The notes under the pieces: generated by a model
Told to the model about the DNA's origin: nothing
What the model saw: the letters and a program-made list of their open reading frames with translations, nothing else
Database searches by the model: none
Part shown: positions 13,362 through 27,392 of the stretch, in pieces
How the letters are laid out: every line of letters begins with the position of its first letter
Numbering within the stretch: the first letter of the stretch is position 1
Assembly: GCA_964016885.1 (NCBI GenBank)
Contig: OZ024740.1
Span: forward strand, 377,890,001 to 377,954,000
Direction of reading: 5' to 3'
DNA length: 64,000 nucleotides
Source of the DNA: Eledone cirrhosa
Taxonomy: Eukaryota
Translations under genes and position numbers: made by a program

Positions 13362-14964
13362 CTTCAAAACTTACATACATATATTGAGTTCATCTTATAA
13401 AACTGAATGCCTTCAGTTTGTAATCCTGCATGAAACTGCATAACAATTCAGCTAATCTCAAAACATACCCAAAGCACTCAATTTTTCTAAATGATTTATG
13501 TATATCTCCTGATTGACAACTGAAATATTTTAATCTTTTTCTAGTTACTTTAAGTTTGAAGAATACAAAAAAATATATTTATATGCCACTGAAGATTTAA
13601 ACAGGCCTATTTGACTTAAAAGCCTAATAAGGTCATCTCAGCTTGAATATTAGCAACACGTTTACTTTGAAGGCAGTTCTGGACTTCATTAAATTTTTAA
13701 CACAGGTCTACTAAATAGAGCAGATGATCAACTCATGATAGCCACCTCACCTTAACATACAAAAATAACTGGCCCACCTTTTTTTTCTTCATAAAGCATT
13801 GAAAAGTGCCATCAATGTTGATATACTTTAATGGTATTGTTTTAATACAACCACTTTTAGATTCACATGTAACAGCCAAACATTGTCAGTATGTTATCAA
13901 TAACCAGTGCAGAATAACCCACAAGAATATTTTATTTCTTCAAATACATACTCACCCAAATATTGAAAAATTAATTTGACACTGAGGATCAACAAACCTA
14001 CCTCCTCAACAATTCTTTTTTTTTTTTCTCCTGGCTAAAGTTGCTCCCATAAACTGTAATGTTTTCTCTTGCAATGGATATGTAAAACATGGGTATAGTT
14101 AGTAAGGTTAATTACAACTGCGTATTTCAAAGTAATTTTTAGAAAACTAAACAATATCAATATGTTGAGATTATATCAACAATTAAGGATAGTTAGGTGT
14201 ATTTGTAAGTTTAAATTTTTAAGTAGAAATGGTATGGCTCATCTGATAAAAACAATTTAGTTTAGTGTTTTGATAACATTTCCTATTTATAGGAGAAAGA
14301 AAGAGATTTTGTGATAGGAATTATGTTCTGAACATTCATATTTAATAAGTTATCTGGTTGCATAATATACTAATATATTTCCTGTTTATGGTCAATAACC
14401 TCACCATGATCCAAGAGTCTTTTAAAATTAGTCAATTTATTGCTATTAATGAATGTGACTTTGGCTGCAACAGTAGTTTGCTAAACTAAATGCATTTTAG
14501 TATTTACAACCCAAGTTCTGTCATCAAATCTTGACAGTCAAGTTCTCATTTGTCCAGGATTAATAAAATAGGTACCTGTAGTACACAATGATTAGTTTCC
14601 TCAATAATATTAATGATTACTTTCTAAGATACTTGAAAGTGGAGAAACCAATGTAATAAGTAACTAGATTAAACATCAATCTTGATTTCAATCGATATTG
14701 TTACATGCTGGTACTTTGACAGTGTGTTAATTGAAAATCCTATCAAATAAACTAGAAAGCAGATGGCAAAGGCTGTGGATATTTCCAAATAAGTTTAGCA
14801 CTATTATCAAGTGTAACTGTAGCTACTTTATTTATCAAAGTTAGTCATTGTAAAGTTCACATTACTGATTGCTTTTAAATTTTTTTGTCAGAGAAGAAAT
14901 AAACTAATAGGGAATATGTTCTCTTTACTTTCACAAACCTTGATTTTGATTGCCTTTTCAATCT

Positions 14965-15306
14965 TATACACCCCGGCCCCACTACCCCCACCCCATCCAC
15001 ACCACCCCTTCCAATGTAAAGTTATGTTGGTACCACAGCATCCAGTCTGAAACAAATGAAGGAGTGTAGGTGTCACGACCAAAAAATACACAGTCCACGC
15101 TGTAATGTGGCCATGTAGGTAACACGGTAAAAACCTCCCAGTCCACACTGTAAACGTGGTTGGTGTTAGGAAGGGTATCCAGCCGTAAAAAACCTGCCAG
15201 ACAGTCCTATACGAGCAAGACAACCAATCTTGCCTCAAGTGGGAAAATTCCCGTCCAAACCCATGCTAGCGTGGAAGATGGACGTTAAACGATGATGATG
15301 ATGATG
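14965..15306 (+). mobile_element. RTE LINE 3' UTR (family A, older copy)
   Basis: Matches the 3' UTR at 46920-47305; (GAT)n tail. Confidence 0.85.
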
Positions 15307-16115
15307 ACAGCTTGTAACAGACTGGTGCCATAACAGTCTCAGTTTATTCAAATTGTTCTTCCAACATATTGTCCAATAATCATCATTTGAAAGCATTGAT
15401 CAGAATTCCTTGTGACTGCAAACAAATCCACTGCCAGTAGCTGAGCATATTCTTTCGTTCCTTGCCTGCATATTGATTAAGCTTGTGTGATTCATAAGTG
15501 AATTTATCATGCTTCTATTTACAAAATTATCTCGGAGCTATATATCAAATGAACACTTTGATTGAATTGTCTTCATACCTTGTTCTGATTTATGATTCTT
15601 TGCTACAGTTGTTTCTTATATAGAGAACAGTTAATCAAATATTTATTTACTGGGTCTTCTCCCTAAAAAACTTTACCAGAAACAACATTACAGTCCAGCA
15701 GCTGACACACTCAGTTAAACATGACACTTTGTATCTACTTCAGTTCTACACATTTCCTTCTGGATTCATCTTTTAATATATCTGGAATCAATAAAATATT
15801 CATGAATTATGTATTCCCTCATCCACTTTGAGTCTCAGAAAGAATTGTTTATTTGGTTTTTAGCTAGAGTAGTGAAATATTTTTATGGCTTAGTCAGAGG
15901 AGAATAGGTAATTCCCATTACTTTTTTCAGTGTCTTCAAGATTGATAGGAGGAGGAAGGGAGTCATCTTTAGACAGGTGACATTACCCAAAATATTTTCA
16001 CCAGACTGGATTCCACTCAAAGCACTCATAAGCCAGGTGGCAGTGTTGGAAACAATAACAAGAACCAAACAATAGATACTTAACATCATAAAGATTTAAT
16101 GCCTAGCTAATGTGT

Positions 16116-16332
16116 TTAACTATTAACGTCCTGAACCACATGAATTCGCATTAGCAAGACATTCTTGAAAAGTAAAAACAGCACTATGACTGCATCACAT
16201 GAAAAATTAAAGTTTTTACTTAAGTTTACTGCAAATGTTCACAACAATCTGTCCACTAGTAAAGATACTGTAAACATTTGAATTAACAAACTCATTTTTA
16301 AATATTTTCTGCAAAATCATTACAGGCTTTAA
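16116..16332. mobile_element. Copy of the 7438-7656 MITE-like repeat
   Basis: Sequence similarity. Confidence 0.6.
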
Positions 16333-17778
16333 AAGTGAAAGACTACTGAGGTTGATTAAGTATTTCATATTTCTAGGATAAGTAGCAGTAAGATTTAAAT
16401 TTACAAGTATGGACACAGCATGGCCAAATTGTTTAGGTGTTAACTTCACAATTATTAGGTCTTGCTTGGTATCTTGGGCATATATCATAGCCTTGGGTTG
16501 GTCCATACTTTGTATGTGAAAATGTGTTCAGGAAACAGTTTGGAAACCCATTGGATGGACTATACCTGTAATTTCAAAGACCCAGCCTTGTCACACACTC
16601 ACAGGCTGATTCTCTTTGAGAATTACATTAAGGGTATACATGTGTGTAGAATGCTCAGCCACTTACATGTTTATCTCATGAGCAGGCTGATCTTTTGACC
16701 AAACAACTAGAACACTTACTGGCAAAACCAATGGAGGTTTGTTCCAAAATGATAACCCTATGATCAGTAGTCTTTTACTATATAACCTCATGACCATTAG
16801 ATTCTGTTGCTCAACTTTACTACAGCAATTCAATCAATCTCTGTACTAAAAATCTACCAACCACATTACTAACTACCAAGACCTTATGCATCTTCTGTAA
16901 TCAGTCTGGCTGGTATAACACTTCATGCTCTAACATATCTATCTTGTCATCTTTTAATAACATCCACTATTTCATTAGCTCCACTTTTCATTGATAGAGA
17001 CTTGAAACCAACTAGTTAATGTACATTAATGTTATGTTTATATGCTCTGACTATATTTTTTTCTTTCTAATCTGTTGTACAACAATCTGTTGGTATTCAT
17101 AGTAAAGCAAATAAATTCATATAAAAATGCACAACTTTGAAGAAAAAAACCTTCATAAAACATGAGTGTTATCAATAGAGCATCAATATTCCAAAGGTTA
17201 AAAACAAAATAAACGGCATTCGTTGGAAATGCATTAGAAAAATCACTAGTTGCTACTAGATAAACTTAATTAACATGTTCTATTCATCAGCTTAATATTT
17301 CATTTATAAAAGAAATTGTTATACATAACATACAAGAGAACACAGTAACTTCCCACACACTTGGTATAAGAGGTTGGGTTTGGAGATGAAAAGAATATTG
17401 TTAATGTAACCAGAATTGAAACTCAAATGCTGAAATTGTGATTTTATGCAGATGATTCATCAATTTAGAAAGGTTGAATTTCAGATTTAAAAAGATTATC
17501 AGAATTGACAGAGAGAGGAAGATAGACAATAGATAAATAAATAAATAGACACAGATTTTTATGCCAAAAATAAAGTACATAAGGTTGAAGTGAAATTTCA
17601 GTGTGTTATTTAAAGATTCTTTTAGAAAAAAAAAAATATGACAATGAAGTCACCTTTCATGGAAGTGACAAATGTATATCTGATGTTGGCCAAATTTAAG
17701 TGTACTCAAGAATGACACTTGTAAGAAAGAACAAAGTCAAAGACAACCAAATTACTTCACTGTTTTCAAAGAATCCAT

Positions 17779-17888
17779 CTTTTAACTCTCTCCCCTCTTT
17801 TTCTTCTCGGCTTCTTTTAACTCTCTCCCCTCTTTTTCTTCTCGGCTTCTATTAACTCTCTCCCCCCTTTTTCTTCTCGGCTTCTTTT
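17779..17888. repeat. 35-bp pyrimidine-rich minisatellite, ~3 units
   Basis: CTTTTAACTCTCTCCCCTCTTTTTCTTCTCGGCTT repeated. Confidence 0.9.
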
Positions 17889-18378
17889 GCTTTCCACCCT
17901 CCCTTCTCTATCTTTTCATCTTTATTTTTTCACCTCTTTTCTTCCCCTCTCCTTCCTGTGACTAAATTAGTAAAATTGACTGAGTGACTAAACATTAGCT
18001 GATGAAATGAGAAATATGAAAGACAGCTAAAATAATTAAAAGAACTAAGGAACAAGAAAGAGAGAAAGGGGTAATTTTACAACCCTATCCTATGTATGCC
18101 ATCATAGAAATATATTTTAAGAAAAAAAATAAAGTTTGAATAATGATGGAAATGTTAGAATAAAGCAAGTTGACAAAGTGTTATATATTTATAGAAACTC
18201 TTAATATGACTAACCTGGCTTCCTTATTAAATGATTGATAAGAAGTAGAGAAAGCAACAAGCTTGAATGTTTTTTTCTTCCTCTTCATAAAAATATATCT
18301 GGTGATTTTTATTTTTATTTGATGACAACATTACTAAGGAAAAGAAAACAGCAGAGACATGTTGAGAAACCAAAACAT

Positions 18379-18540
18379 TTTTCTTTTCTTTTCTTTTCTC
18401 TTCTCTTCTCTTCTCTTCTTTTCTCTTCTCTTCTCTTCTCTTTTTTCTCTTTTCTCTTTTCTCTTTTCTCTTTTTTTTTCTCTTCTCTTTTTTTTTCTCT
18501 TTTCTCTTTTTTTTTCTTTTCTTTTTTCTTTTCTTTTCTT
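18379..18540. repeat. Pure polypyrimidine (CTTTT/CTCTT) tract
   Basis: ~160 nt of only C/T. Confidence 0.9.
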
Positions 18541-18804
18541 ATATGCACGTTCAAGAATTAAAGAATAAGATCTCCCCAATAAAAAGAATATTCAAGTAAT
18601 TAAAAAGGATTTCTTAAAATAATGTTTTGATGAAAGAATTAGAACTTTTAGAAACTCTTATATTTCTTTATGGCATTCTAAAACTAAACAAAAACAACTG
18701 ACACTGCACAGTTTAATGAGATTACCTGTTGAAATAAGTGACTTCTTTGGACTGTAAAATAGATATTTCTAAAAAGCATCCAAAGTCTTTTTGCCTTTAT
18801 CAAT

Positions 18805-19292
18805 GAAAATTGATGGAAGCTGCGGAGTGGGTAGACCAAGAAAAACCTAGGATGAGGTGATAAAAACTGACCATGCCCACCTACACCTCTCTAAGACAAT
18901 GATGCTGGATCGAGACCTTTGGCGCCATGCAGTTGTACAGAAGACCCGACTGCCATTGCATACAAACCTACAGTTAGTAGGCACCTTTTAACTCAATGTA
19001 CACCCCCACCACCACACCCTACCCCATCATGCCTCTCCTGTTCCATCTGCTGTGTCGATGATACAACAGTCCACACTGTAAGGTGGTCGTGTAGGAGACA
19101 CAGTGAAAATGCTCCCAGTCCACACTGTAAATGTGGTTGGTGTTAGGAAGTGCATCCAGCTGTAAATAACCTGCCAGAGACGCTTCCGTGCGAGCAAGAC
19201 ATGGTCTCCCAACCATTCCCGCATCAAATGGAACAAAACCGTCTAACCCATGCTAGCGTGGAAGATGGATGTTAAACGATGATGATGATGAT
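18805..19292 (+). mobile_element. RTE LINE 3' fragment (family C: end of ORF plus 3' UTR)
   Basis: Translates GSCGVGRPRKT*DEVIKTD...LDRDLWRHAV; (GAT)n tail; homologous to 28063-28463. Confidence 0.85.
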
Positions 19293-19293
19293 T

Positions 19294-19415
19294 AGGGTGG
19301 TGGATTGGCAGTATTGGTAGAGCATCGGACAACATGCTTAGCAGTATAGTTACGGCTCTTTAAGTTCTGAGTTCAAATCCTGTCGAGGTTAGCTTTGCTT
19401 TTCATCCTTATGGGT
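19294..19415 (+). mobile_element. SINE S1 5' half, directly after the RTE tail
   Basis: A box TGGCAGTATTGG, B box GAGTTCAAATCC. Confidence 0.75.
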
Positions 19416-19527
19416 TTATTCCCACTCTGCAGCTGTTTGAGCAAGTATCTTCTACTATAGTCTTGGGTCAATGTTGAGTGAGTCTTTTAGACCAAAATTT
19501 AATGTATGTGTATATCTTTTGCTAATG

Positions 19528-19812
19528 TGAAGGCATGTGGCATAGTGTTTAAGGTGCTGGCTTATATGATCATAAGCTTGTGAGTTCAATTCCCTGACCA
19601 GGCAGCACATTGTGTGTCCTTTTGTAAGACACTTTATTTCATGCTTCACATTATTCAGCTAGCAAAAATAACTTGTACCTATAATTCAAGGGACCAGCTT
19701 TATCTCTCTTTGTGTCATGCTAAATCTCTCTGAGAACTATGTAAAGGGTACATATGTCTGTGGAATGCTCGGCCACTTACATGTTAATTCATGAACAGGC
19801 AGTTCCGTTGTT
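19528..19812 (+). mobile_element. tRNA-derived SINE family S2 (CORE-like)
   Basis: TGGCATAGTG A box, GAGTTCAATTCC B box, AAGACACTTTATTTCA core; relatives at ~16390-16740, 21431-21720 and 31285-31520. Confidence 0.7.
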
Positions 19813-20623
19813 TAAACAAAAGAGCACTAGACAGAAGAACAATAAAATGGTGCATTCAAACAAAGATATCTTGTAGCATTTATTGCCTCTATGTTACACA
19901 GACATTCTCTTGTTACTCTTGCTGTCAGAAATGCAGTGAACTGTTGATCAGCCTGTTGGAAAAATTATAACAAACAAATCTATTATTCATAAGATACAAT
20001 ACATAAAAAATATATTGTTGGAAAGGAGACAGAAGACTTCATAATCATATATTGTTACGTTAGTCGAGTTAGAGCCCGTTTACCCTTATATTATTAATTA
20101 CAGCTGTTTTCAGGCAGAAGCATAATAGTTTCTGGATTTCAAAATTTGATATAAATGAAATGTTTTAATTATAGTGACTCTATCATCAAGTAATAGCTAT
20201 TACTCATTTTAATAAGCTAAGGAAAGCTCATATGTTTTAGTTGGAGACTATTGTACTTGTAGAAGGGTTTGGAATCATAGTTTATGAGCTATCTTTATTA
20301 CAGAGACTACTGCAATACTACTCACATTTAGAGTGTAATGTTTACTCTCAACTCAGAGTTCTGTTCTGCTCATATTTTATTGTTGTTAGTTTGATGATAT
20401 TTGCAGAGATGGCAAGATGTTGGTTTAGCTATCTTATGGCATCTAAACAATAAATAACCTGCTGAATTAGATTTACTCTTTTGATACCAAATCACCTGAA
20501 ACTGCTCCTGTTTCTATAATGAAAAGTTGTTTATTTCAAATTGTTTATATTTATCTAGAAACCTTCCTGCATACTTTTGTGTAAGAACCTTATTACGTTA
20601 TGCTCCAAACACCAGATATATAA

Positions 20624-20797
20624 CAGACCTGCCAACCTCTAAAAACCCAAACAGGGAGTACCATGAAAAAAGTGCCCCAAAATGGGGAGATTTTACATAA
20701 TGAAAGCTATACCCATTTTTACAAGAGAAGACATCGCTCACCCACTCCAAAATGGGTGGGAGATCTCCCCGTCGGATGGGGAGAGTTGACAGGTCTG
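20624..20797. mobile_element. MITE with CAGACCTGCCAAC TIRs (hAT-like)
   Basis: CAGACCTGCCAAC...GTTGACAGGTCTG; ATATAA on both flanks; inserted in a TTAA-family element. Confidence 0.75.
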
Positions 20798-21298
20798 ATA
20801 TAATGTGAAAGTTATATTGCTACCAAATTCTTGATTATTTTCAAAATAATTTGAAAATCATAGGCAGTGTTTTTTCATTAGAAATATAACAAAATGGTTA
20901 AATTATTTCCTTTTGTAAAGAGACTCTGGTGTTAACAGTGTTTGTGTTGGCAATGGTGACAGTATTGCTGTTATGGATATTTTGGTATTGTTGTTGTTGG
21001 TGATAATGATGGTAGTGATGACATGAGTATTATGATATATAATATTCAGTTCTTTGATTCTTGCTTGATTGAAACTGCTTCATTAGTAATGTTAAGCTCC
21101 TCATTAGGAACAAACATTCTATGACTTCCAAATTTTCCTGTCATGTCTAATTAAAAATTAATTATAGTTAAGTTTCTTCCATTGCATTGCCACATACTTA
21201 AAGGAATTATCTTACATCCTTATAATAGAAATATAATGAATCTACTGTAACATTACTTCTTGAAATCAGTTTGGAATTCAACATACTTAATATTTGTC

Positions 21299-21417
21299 AT
21301 TTCCAAACATTTAAATGTTATTGCTTAGCTAGATGAAAGTAAATTTAAAATGTGTGCGTGCACACTTTTAAATTTACTGTCATCTAGCTAAGCAATGACA
21401 TTTAAATTTTTGGAAAT
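21299..21417. repeat. Imperfect palindrome with ~58-bp arms (hairpin MITE-like)
   Basis: ATTTCCAAACATTTAAATG...GTGTGC GT GCACAC...CATTTAAATTTTTGGAAAT with few mismatches. Confidence 0.85.
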
Positions 21418-21430
21418 ATATATTTCCAAA

Positions 21431-21720
21431 CATGGCTTAGTGGTTAGTGTTGGGCTTACAATTGTGAGGTTGTGAGTTCTATTCTCGGACCGAGCTTTGT
21501 GTTGTGTTCTTGAGCAAGACACTTTATTTCATGTTGCTCCAGTTCAATCAGCTGTAGGAATGAGTTGTGACATCATTGGTGCCAAACTGTATCAGCCTTT
21601 GCCTTTCCCTTGGACAAGATCGGTGGCATGGAGAGAGGAGACTGGTATGCTGGTATTCCACAAATAAGCTTGCCCTTAGAGGGGAACTTTCTAGGTGCAA
21701 ATCCCATGGTCATTCGTGAC
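21431..21720 (+). mobile_element. SINE S2-type
   Basis: TGGCTTAGTGG A box, GAGTTCTATTC B box, TTGAGCAAGACACTTTATTTCA core. Confidence 0.75.
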
Positions 21721-21765
21721 TCCTTTTCTCTCTCTCTCTCTTATATATATATATATATATATATG

Positions 21766-21807
<42 letters not shown>

Positions 21808-21809
<2 letters not shown>

Positions 21810-22145
21810 AGGCACATGGCTTAGTGGTTAGAGCATTGGCCTTGCAATCCAAAGGTTGTGAGTTCAATTTTCAGACCGGGTGATGTGTTGTTTCCTTGAG
21901 CAAGACACTTTATTTCACATTGCTCCAGTTTACTCAGCTGTAGAAATGAGATGATAGGGACTGAGGTCCCTATCATTCCACTGCAAAGTGGTTGTGGAGG
22001 TGTCACAGCAAAAAAAGCACCCAGCACTCACTGTAAATGAGGTTGGTGTTAGGAAGGGCATCCAGCTGTAGAAATCAAGCCAAAAATCAGTTCCCGTCCC
22101 ACCCTTGCAAGCAGGGAAAAAGCGGACATAAAAATGAAATGAAAA
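21808..22145 (+). mobile_element. SINE S2 head followed by RTE family B 3' UTR
   Basis: 21808-21950 is a SINE head/core; ~21983-22140 matches 46495-46740. Confidence 0.7.
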
Positions 22146-24479
22146 ATGAAATGAATATATATATAATTATGGAGAGAATAGAAACTAAAGTTGAGACAAG
22201 CAAAGAAGATTTGGAAATCATTCAGAGATAGTGTGACAAACAAAACAAAATGTAGATTACACCGTAGAATATTATTTACTAGACGTTGCACTTTATAACA
22301 CCTTTGCAAAGAAATAATTAAGTGTGATGACGTAACTTAATTACTCAATTAACAAAAAAGCCAAAGTGAAGGTTTGTTGTTGTTGTTTTGTTTTTTTTTG
22401 TTTTTTTTGCTTGTTTGTTTGTTTTTTGCTAATCAAAACAATATGTAGTAATTAATAACTATTGCTGAATGGAAAGTTGAAACACTAGGCTGAGCATGCT
22501 TCCTGAATAATAATAGTTGGTTTCCTTACCAGAAGACTGACATCACAGTACTGATTGATTAAACCAAAGAAATTACTGCTCAGCTATAATTCTAAGTATT
22601 GTGTTCAAACCACAAACCTCAGCCAACTAGAATTTATATCAACAAAACCTAGTAATTTCAATTTAAAGTAAAACCTTATAATTAAGTTAGGAAATCAGTT
22701 CTCCATTACAAACAGTGGGATTTAATTTTATGTCTAAAAGTAAATTTTTCGGAATATAGTAACAGCATCTCTTTTCTTTTCTTTTTTTGTTTGTTTGTTT
22801 ACGACTAGTTTATAAACCCAGACTTTGATTAAACTATTTTTTATTTTCAGTTACCTTCATGTTATACATGTTCTTAATTCTTCACACATTTGCATTTGTC
22901 TGCTTGCGAATGTGTGAGGGTGTGCACATGGGACAACATGTAAGGTATTACTACATTAAGAGAATAAAGACCCCTTTTGGTCACATGTGGCCATAGGTTT
23001 TGCTACTAAAAAGCTGAGGCACAAGCCTGAGCAAGGTGTATTTTTGTGGAAGACCAGCAGTCACCCATGCATACCAATTTCCTCTTTTCACACCACCAAT
23101 GTTGTCCAAATGAAAGGCAATGGCCGATACAGCTTGGCATCAGAGAAAATGGCCTTAAATTCTTCTTCTTGTGTATCATAGTTTTGTCATACATAATTTG
23201 AAAACACAAGTTTTACCCATGTCATATTGGGTATTGATCCAGCATTTTAAACTACTCTACTACTTACTCAGCAACATCAGTTGTAGTCCTGTGTTTGTCA
23301 CATGACCTGACCATCGATAGGATTTGAACTCAGAATATAAAATGTCAGAATAAAAGTACAGGGCATCTCATCCAGCGCTCTAACAATTTTGCCAATACAC
23401 CACCATAGACTGGTACTTTATTTTATCTCATAGTGTGAAAGGCTAAGTTGACCATGACGGTATTTGAACACAGAGCAGAGAAAACCAGAACAAATACAAG
23501 ATATTTTATCCACTGCCCTAAAGACTCTGTCAATTCTACTACTCTATCATCATCATTTTGTCTTTTTTGCATGCTAGCATGGGCCAAACAAATGGTTAGA
23601 GACCAAGTCACTATGTAATCAGAGCTACTGTCATCCTAGACTGGCCTGGAGCCATGAGTAGCTTACATATATTCCAGTTTTAGCATGGTTTCAATAGCTT
23701 GATGCTCTTCCTAACATCAACTACTTTACAGTGTGTTAGGTGCATTGTATTGTAACACCAGTACTAGGGAGGCTGCATGCCCTAGACAACTGAAGAGTCC
23801 TCTTAATCCTTTGTTTACATATAGTTAGCTGTAAATAATTGCTTTTTTTTTTTATTTCTTATATCTTTTTATTGTTATAAATTAGTCATAGTTGCGAGGG
23901 GGGGGGGGGGGGTATTATTTTTATTCTACTGAGTACGGAACAATCACATTGCCATAAAATTTACATTCATATATTTCTATCCACCTGCCCCTATTACTCT
24001 ATAGCAACTTGAAAATGTTTCTACTAACCTGAATTTAATATTAGGTATCTTCACCTGTTGATAATGTGTATTGTCCCTGCCTGTCAGTCAATTGCTTATA
24101 CTAGGCCAGACAACAATTTTCTCTAACGGAATTGTCTGGAAATATCTAGCCACTGTCCCACATGAAATAGTTACTCTAGCATTGCTGTTGTTACCCCATA
24201 AGTAAATACAATTACAATAAACTGGCTTTCAACCAACTCCCTCTCCTAGCTCCCTGGTTTTATTCAACCTAAATACACAAAACAGTGTTTCATTGTTGTT
24301 AAACTTAAGATCTTTTTCTAGATTTGGTTTCAGATTTTACCGTTATTAGTTTCTAGATTAGTCTATTTGCAGATGGATGTATGCATGTGTTTTTATAGCT
24401 AGTTTTGACATTATTTTTCTACTTCATTTTGAGTCTGGAGAAAAGTCGAAAATATACACCCATAAAGTTGTTAAATATA

Positions 24480-24511
<32 letters not shown>

Positions 24512-26939
24512 GCTTTGCATACGTTTAAAAAAAATTCTAGATGTTACTTTAGTTTCTGATTTCTCTTCCTACTGTGTGTGTGTGTGTGTGTGTGTGTGGT
24601 TACTATTAAGTTGTCAAATGTACATAATAGATTCTTTCTTTTTAACAGGTTTTGATTGAAAGGTTAGAGTAGATCTGTTAATATTTCAGCTGTTAATGTT
24701 GCTATTATGATGCTGCTCATGAACTGGTTTTTTTTTTTTCCTCTTCAATCACTTGACCCTTCTGAGTATATTTTCATAATTAATCTCGGGTGTTCAGAAC
24801 AGTTTTTTTTAAAGAGAAAGCCAAAACAATATTTGCCATTTCTAATTCAGTTTTCTTTCTTTCTGTCTCACTCTCTTAATGTTATTGTTTAACACCAACA
24901 TGTGTGTATGTAAATGTAAAATGTTAATTGCTCTCTTGGGTTTGTATTCTGTTGGTATTACTATTTGGTAATATAGGTAATGGTAAAAGGCCCTGGAGTT
25001 ATAGGGGTGCCATCTCGACACTTGGTGTGTCTTAGGCATTTTAATCCTGGTGGATCCCATTCCTCTCCAGATCTGAACACAGCCAATTTCTTCCATAGAA
25101 ACAGAGAAACAACCAGATCTCAGTACATGACTGGTATTTTATTTAACTACCTGGAAAGAGTGAAAGGCAAAGTTGACTTCGGCAGAATGTAACCTCAGAA
25201 CACAGAGTTGGTATTTGGAACAAATACCAAAACATTCTTACTCTGACACTCTAATGATTTTGCCAATTCATTGCTTTGTTTAGTAATAAATGTATGCTGA
25301 CAAATTGACAGAGTTGTTAGAACATCAGATTGAATGGTTTGTGGTAGTCATTCTGGCTCTTCTTCTTCTCTCTGAGTTTAAATCCCTCCAAGGTCAACTT
25401 TGCCTTTCATTTTTACCAGATTGATAAAAAAAAGTACCAGTCCAGTCAATTCAGTCTCTACAATGTGAATAAAAAATAAAATATAAACAAAACAGGCCCC
25501 ATTTTTATTTTTGTCTCCATTATACATTTTTTGACAAAAACTGGTGAAACACCTAATATATTGTTCAAACCATTTAAAACAGCATATCAAAAATTCACTA
25601 TCTTCTAATGTTTCTGTCCTGACTGACTACACATGTTCCAAGTGATCACTATTTAAATCCATGCATTTGTTTAGGTGCATGGGGAAGTTTAGCATAACAT
25701 TGTTACAAACAGATGTAGGGATGTTAGTACCTCTTAAGATCCTCTTTGACAACTCTTCTGCAAGTTTCTGTGGATAGACCCTAGGATTGGCTTTTTCTGC
25801 AAAGCAATCGTTTTGGGCTCTGTTCAGCAGACTCTCAGACTATAAAAAAATGCATGGAATTGCTCCAAGACCTGCTTGTTCAAGCCACACTTATATTAGT
25901 TAATCACACAAATAAATCCAGTGCTGGAGCTCCCATTGGGTTTTGTTGATTTCTCAGACATAATGCCCTATTTTGATTATAGTGACAATATCATTTTTAA
26001 AACTTCACTCAAATATATTTTAATGTGATTTACTTATATGACAAGCATCAGAGATCATGGCATGGGATCCTTATTTAATTGAGACAATTTCATCTGCCAG
26101 CTGAAGCTAATTCACATATGATGCTAATGCCCTTGAGAAAAGCATGAGTGTTTTGAAATTTCTTTTCTTTAAAAATATGAAGTTGTTTAACGCAAGCATG
26201 GAAAAATGGATGTAAAATGATCATAATGATGCTGTCATAATGATGTTTTGCTATTGCGTTTTCATGTAGTATGAGAAGTTGTTTATATGGTGATCCTACT
26301 AATTAATGCAAATTTCAGTTCACAGTATATAGAAAGTTTTCCAAACTGTTCACATTTGTGGCAGATTTTTTTTAAAATAAAATCTTTTCTTCAAAATAAC
26401 ATTTTTCCTGACACTTGATGTTTTCTTGACACAACTAAATTAACAAATTATCCCCCAAAATTAAATATTTCATCACATATCACATGTCTAACTGTACATA
26501 GAAGTTTTCATATATCAAATATACTTCACAGCCAAATATTTCTAAAAATTGACCAGATTTGACCTAATCTTTGTGACACGCCTAGAAGTTGTCAGCAACA
26601 GACTAAAATGTTGTGACACGGTTTGGAAAACTGGTATTTAGCATACAATGTCAATATCTTATAGGAAACAGAATAGTTTTCCTCATTGTGTTTTTCTCGT
26701 TGTTGTTGAGAAATTTGACTAAGGACTTGCAAGTCTGATGTGCAGTTAAAGGATATCCAGCATTTGGATCCTAAGTTGATTCTTCATTGGTTGACCAGTG
26801 TTATAAAATCATGACTGCTCTAATTTTTTTGGAAGCATAGTCTCCCAAATTTAGGAGTTAACCTTTTCATTACCATATTTCTCATGAAATATACTGTATT
26901 TTAATTAATTAATGACAAGAGATTCACTAAAATTATTTC

Positions 26940-27392
26940 CATCCTTACGGGGTCGATAAAATAAAGTACCAGTAATGTACTGGGTAATTGCTGGCCTTGT
27001 GCCAAAAGTAGAAACAATTATTAAAATAGTAAATAGGGCAGTGGATTGGCAGTATCAGTAGAGGGTCGGACGCCATGCTTTGACGCAAAGAGTTACGTCC
27101 CTTTACGATCTGAGTTCAAATCCCGCCAAGGTTAACTTTGCCTTTCATCCTTACGGGTCGATAAAATAAAGTACCAGTAATGCACTGGGTAATTGCTGGC
27201 CTTGTGCCAAAAGTAGAAACAATTATTAAAATAGTATTTGATGCAGTTACGGCCCTTGCCATTCTGAGTTCAAATCCCTCCGAGGTTAACTTTGCCTTTC
27301 ATCCTTACTGGGTTGATAAAATAAAGCACCAGTAATGCACTGGGTAATTGCTGGCCTTGTGCCAAAAGTAGAAACAATTATTAAAATAGTAT
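26940..27392 (+). mobile_element. Tandem array of three SINE S1 units (partial, full, partial)
   Basis: Three near-identical 3' halves, each ending GTAGAAACAATTATTAAAATAGTA. Confidence 0.9.

Noticed and set aside
15883-16089. Possible host exon on the minus strand
   Set aside because: No recognisable domain or convincing splice pair; cannot be supported without RNA data
18235-18579. Lys/Arg/Glu-rich and Phe/Ser/Leu-rich ORFs
   Set aside because: Product of the polypyrimidine tract
25620-25960. Possible decayed LINE linker region on the minus strand
   Set aside because: Only vague peptide resemblance with multiple frameshifts
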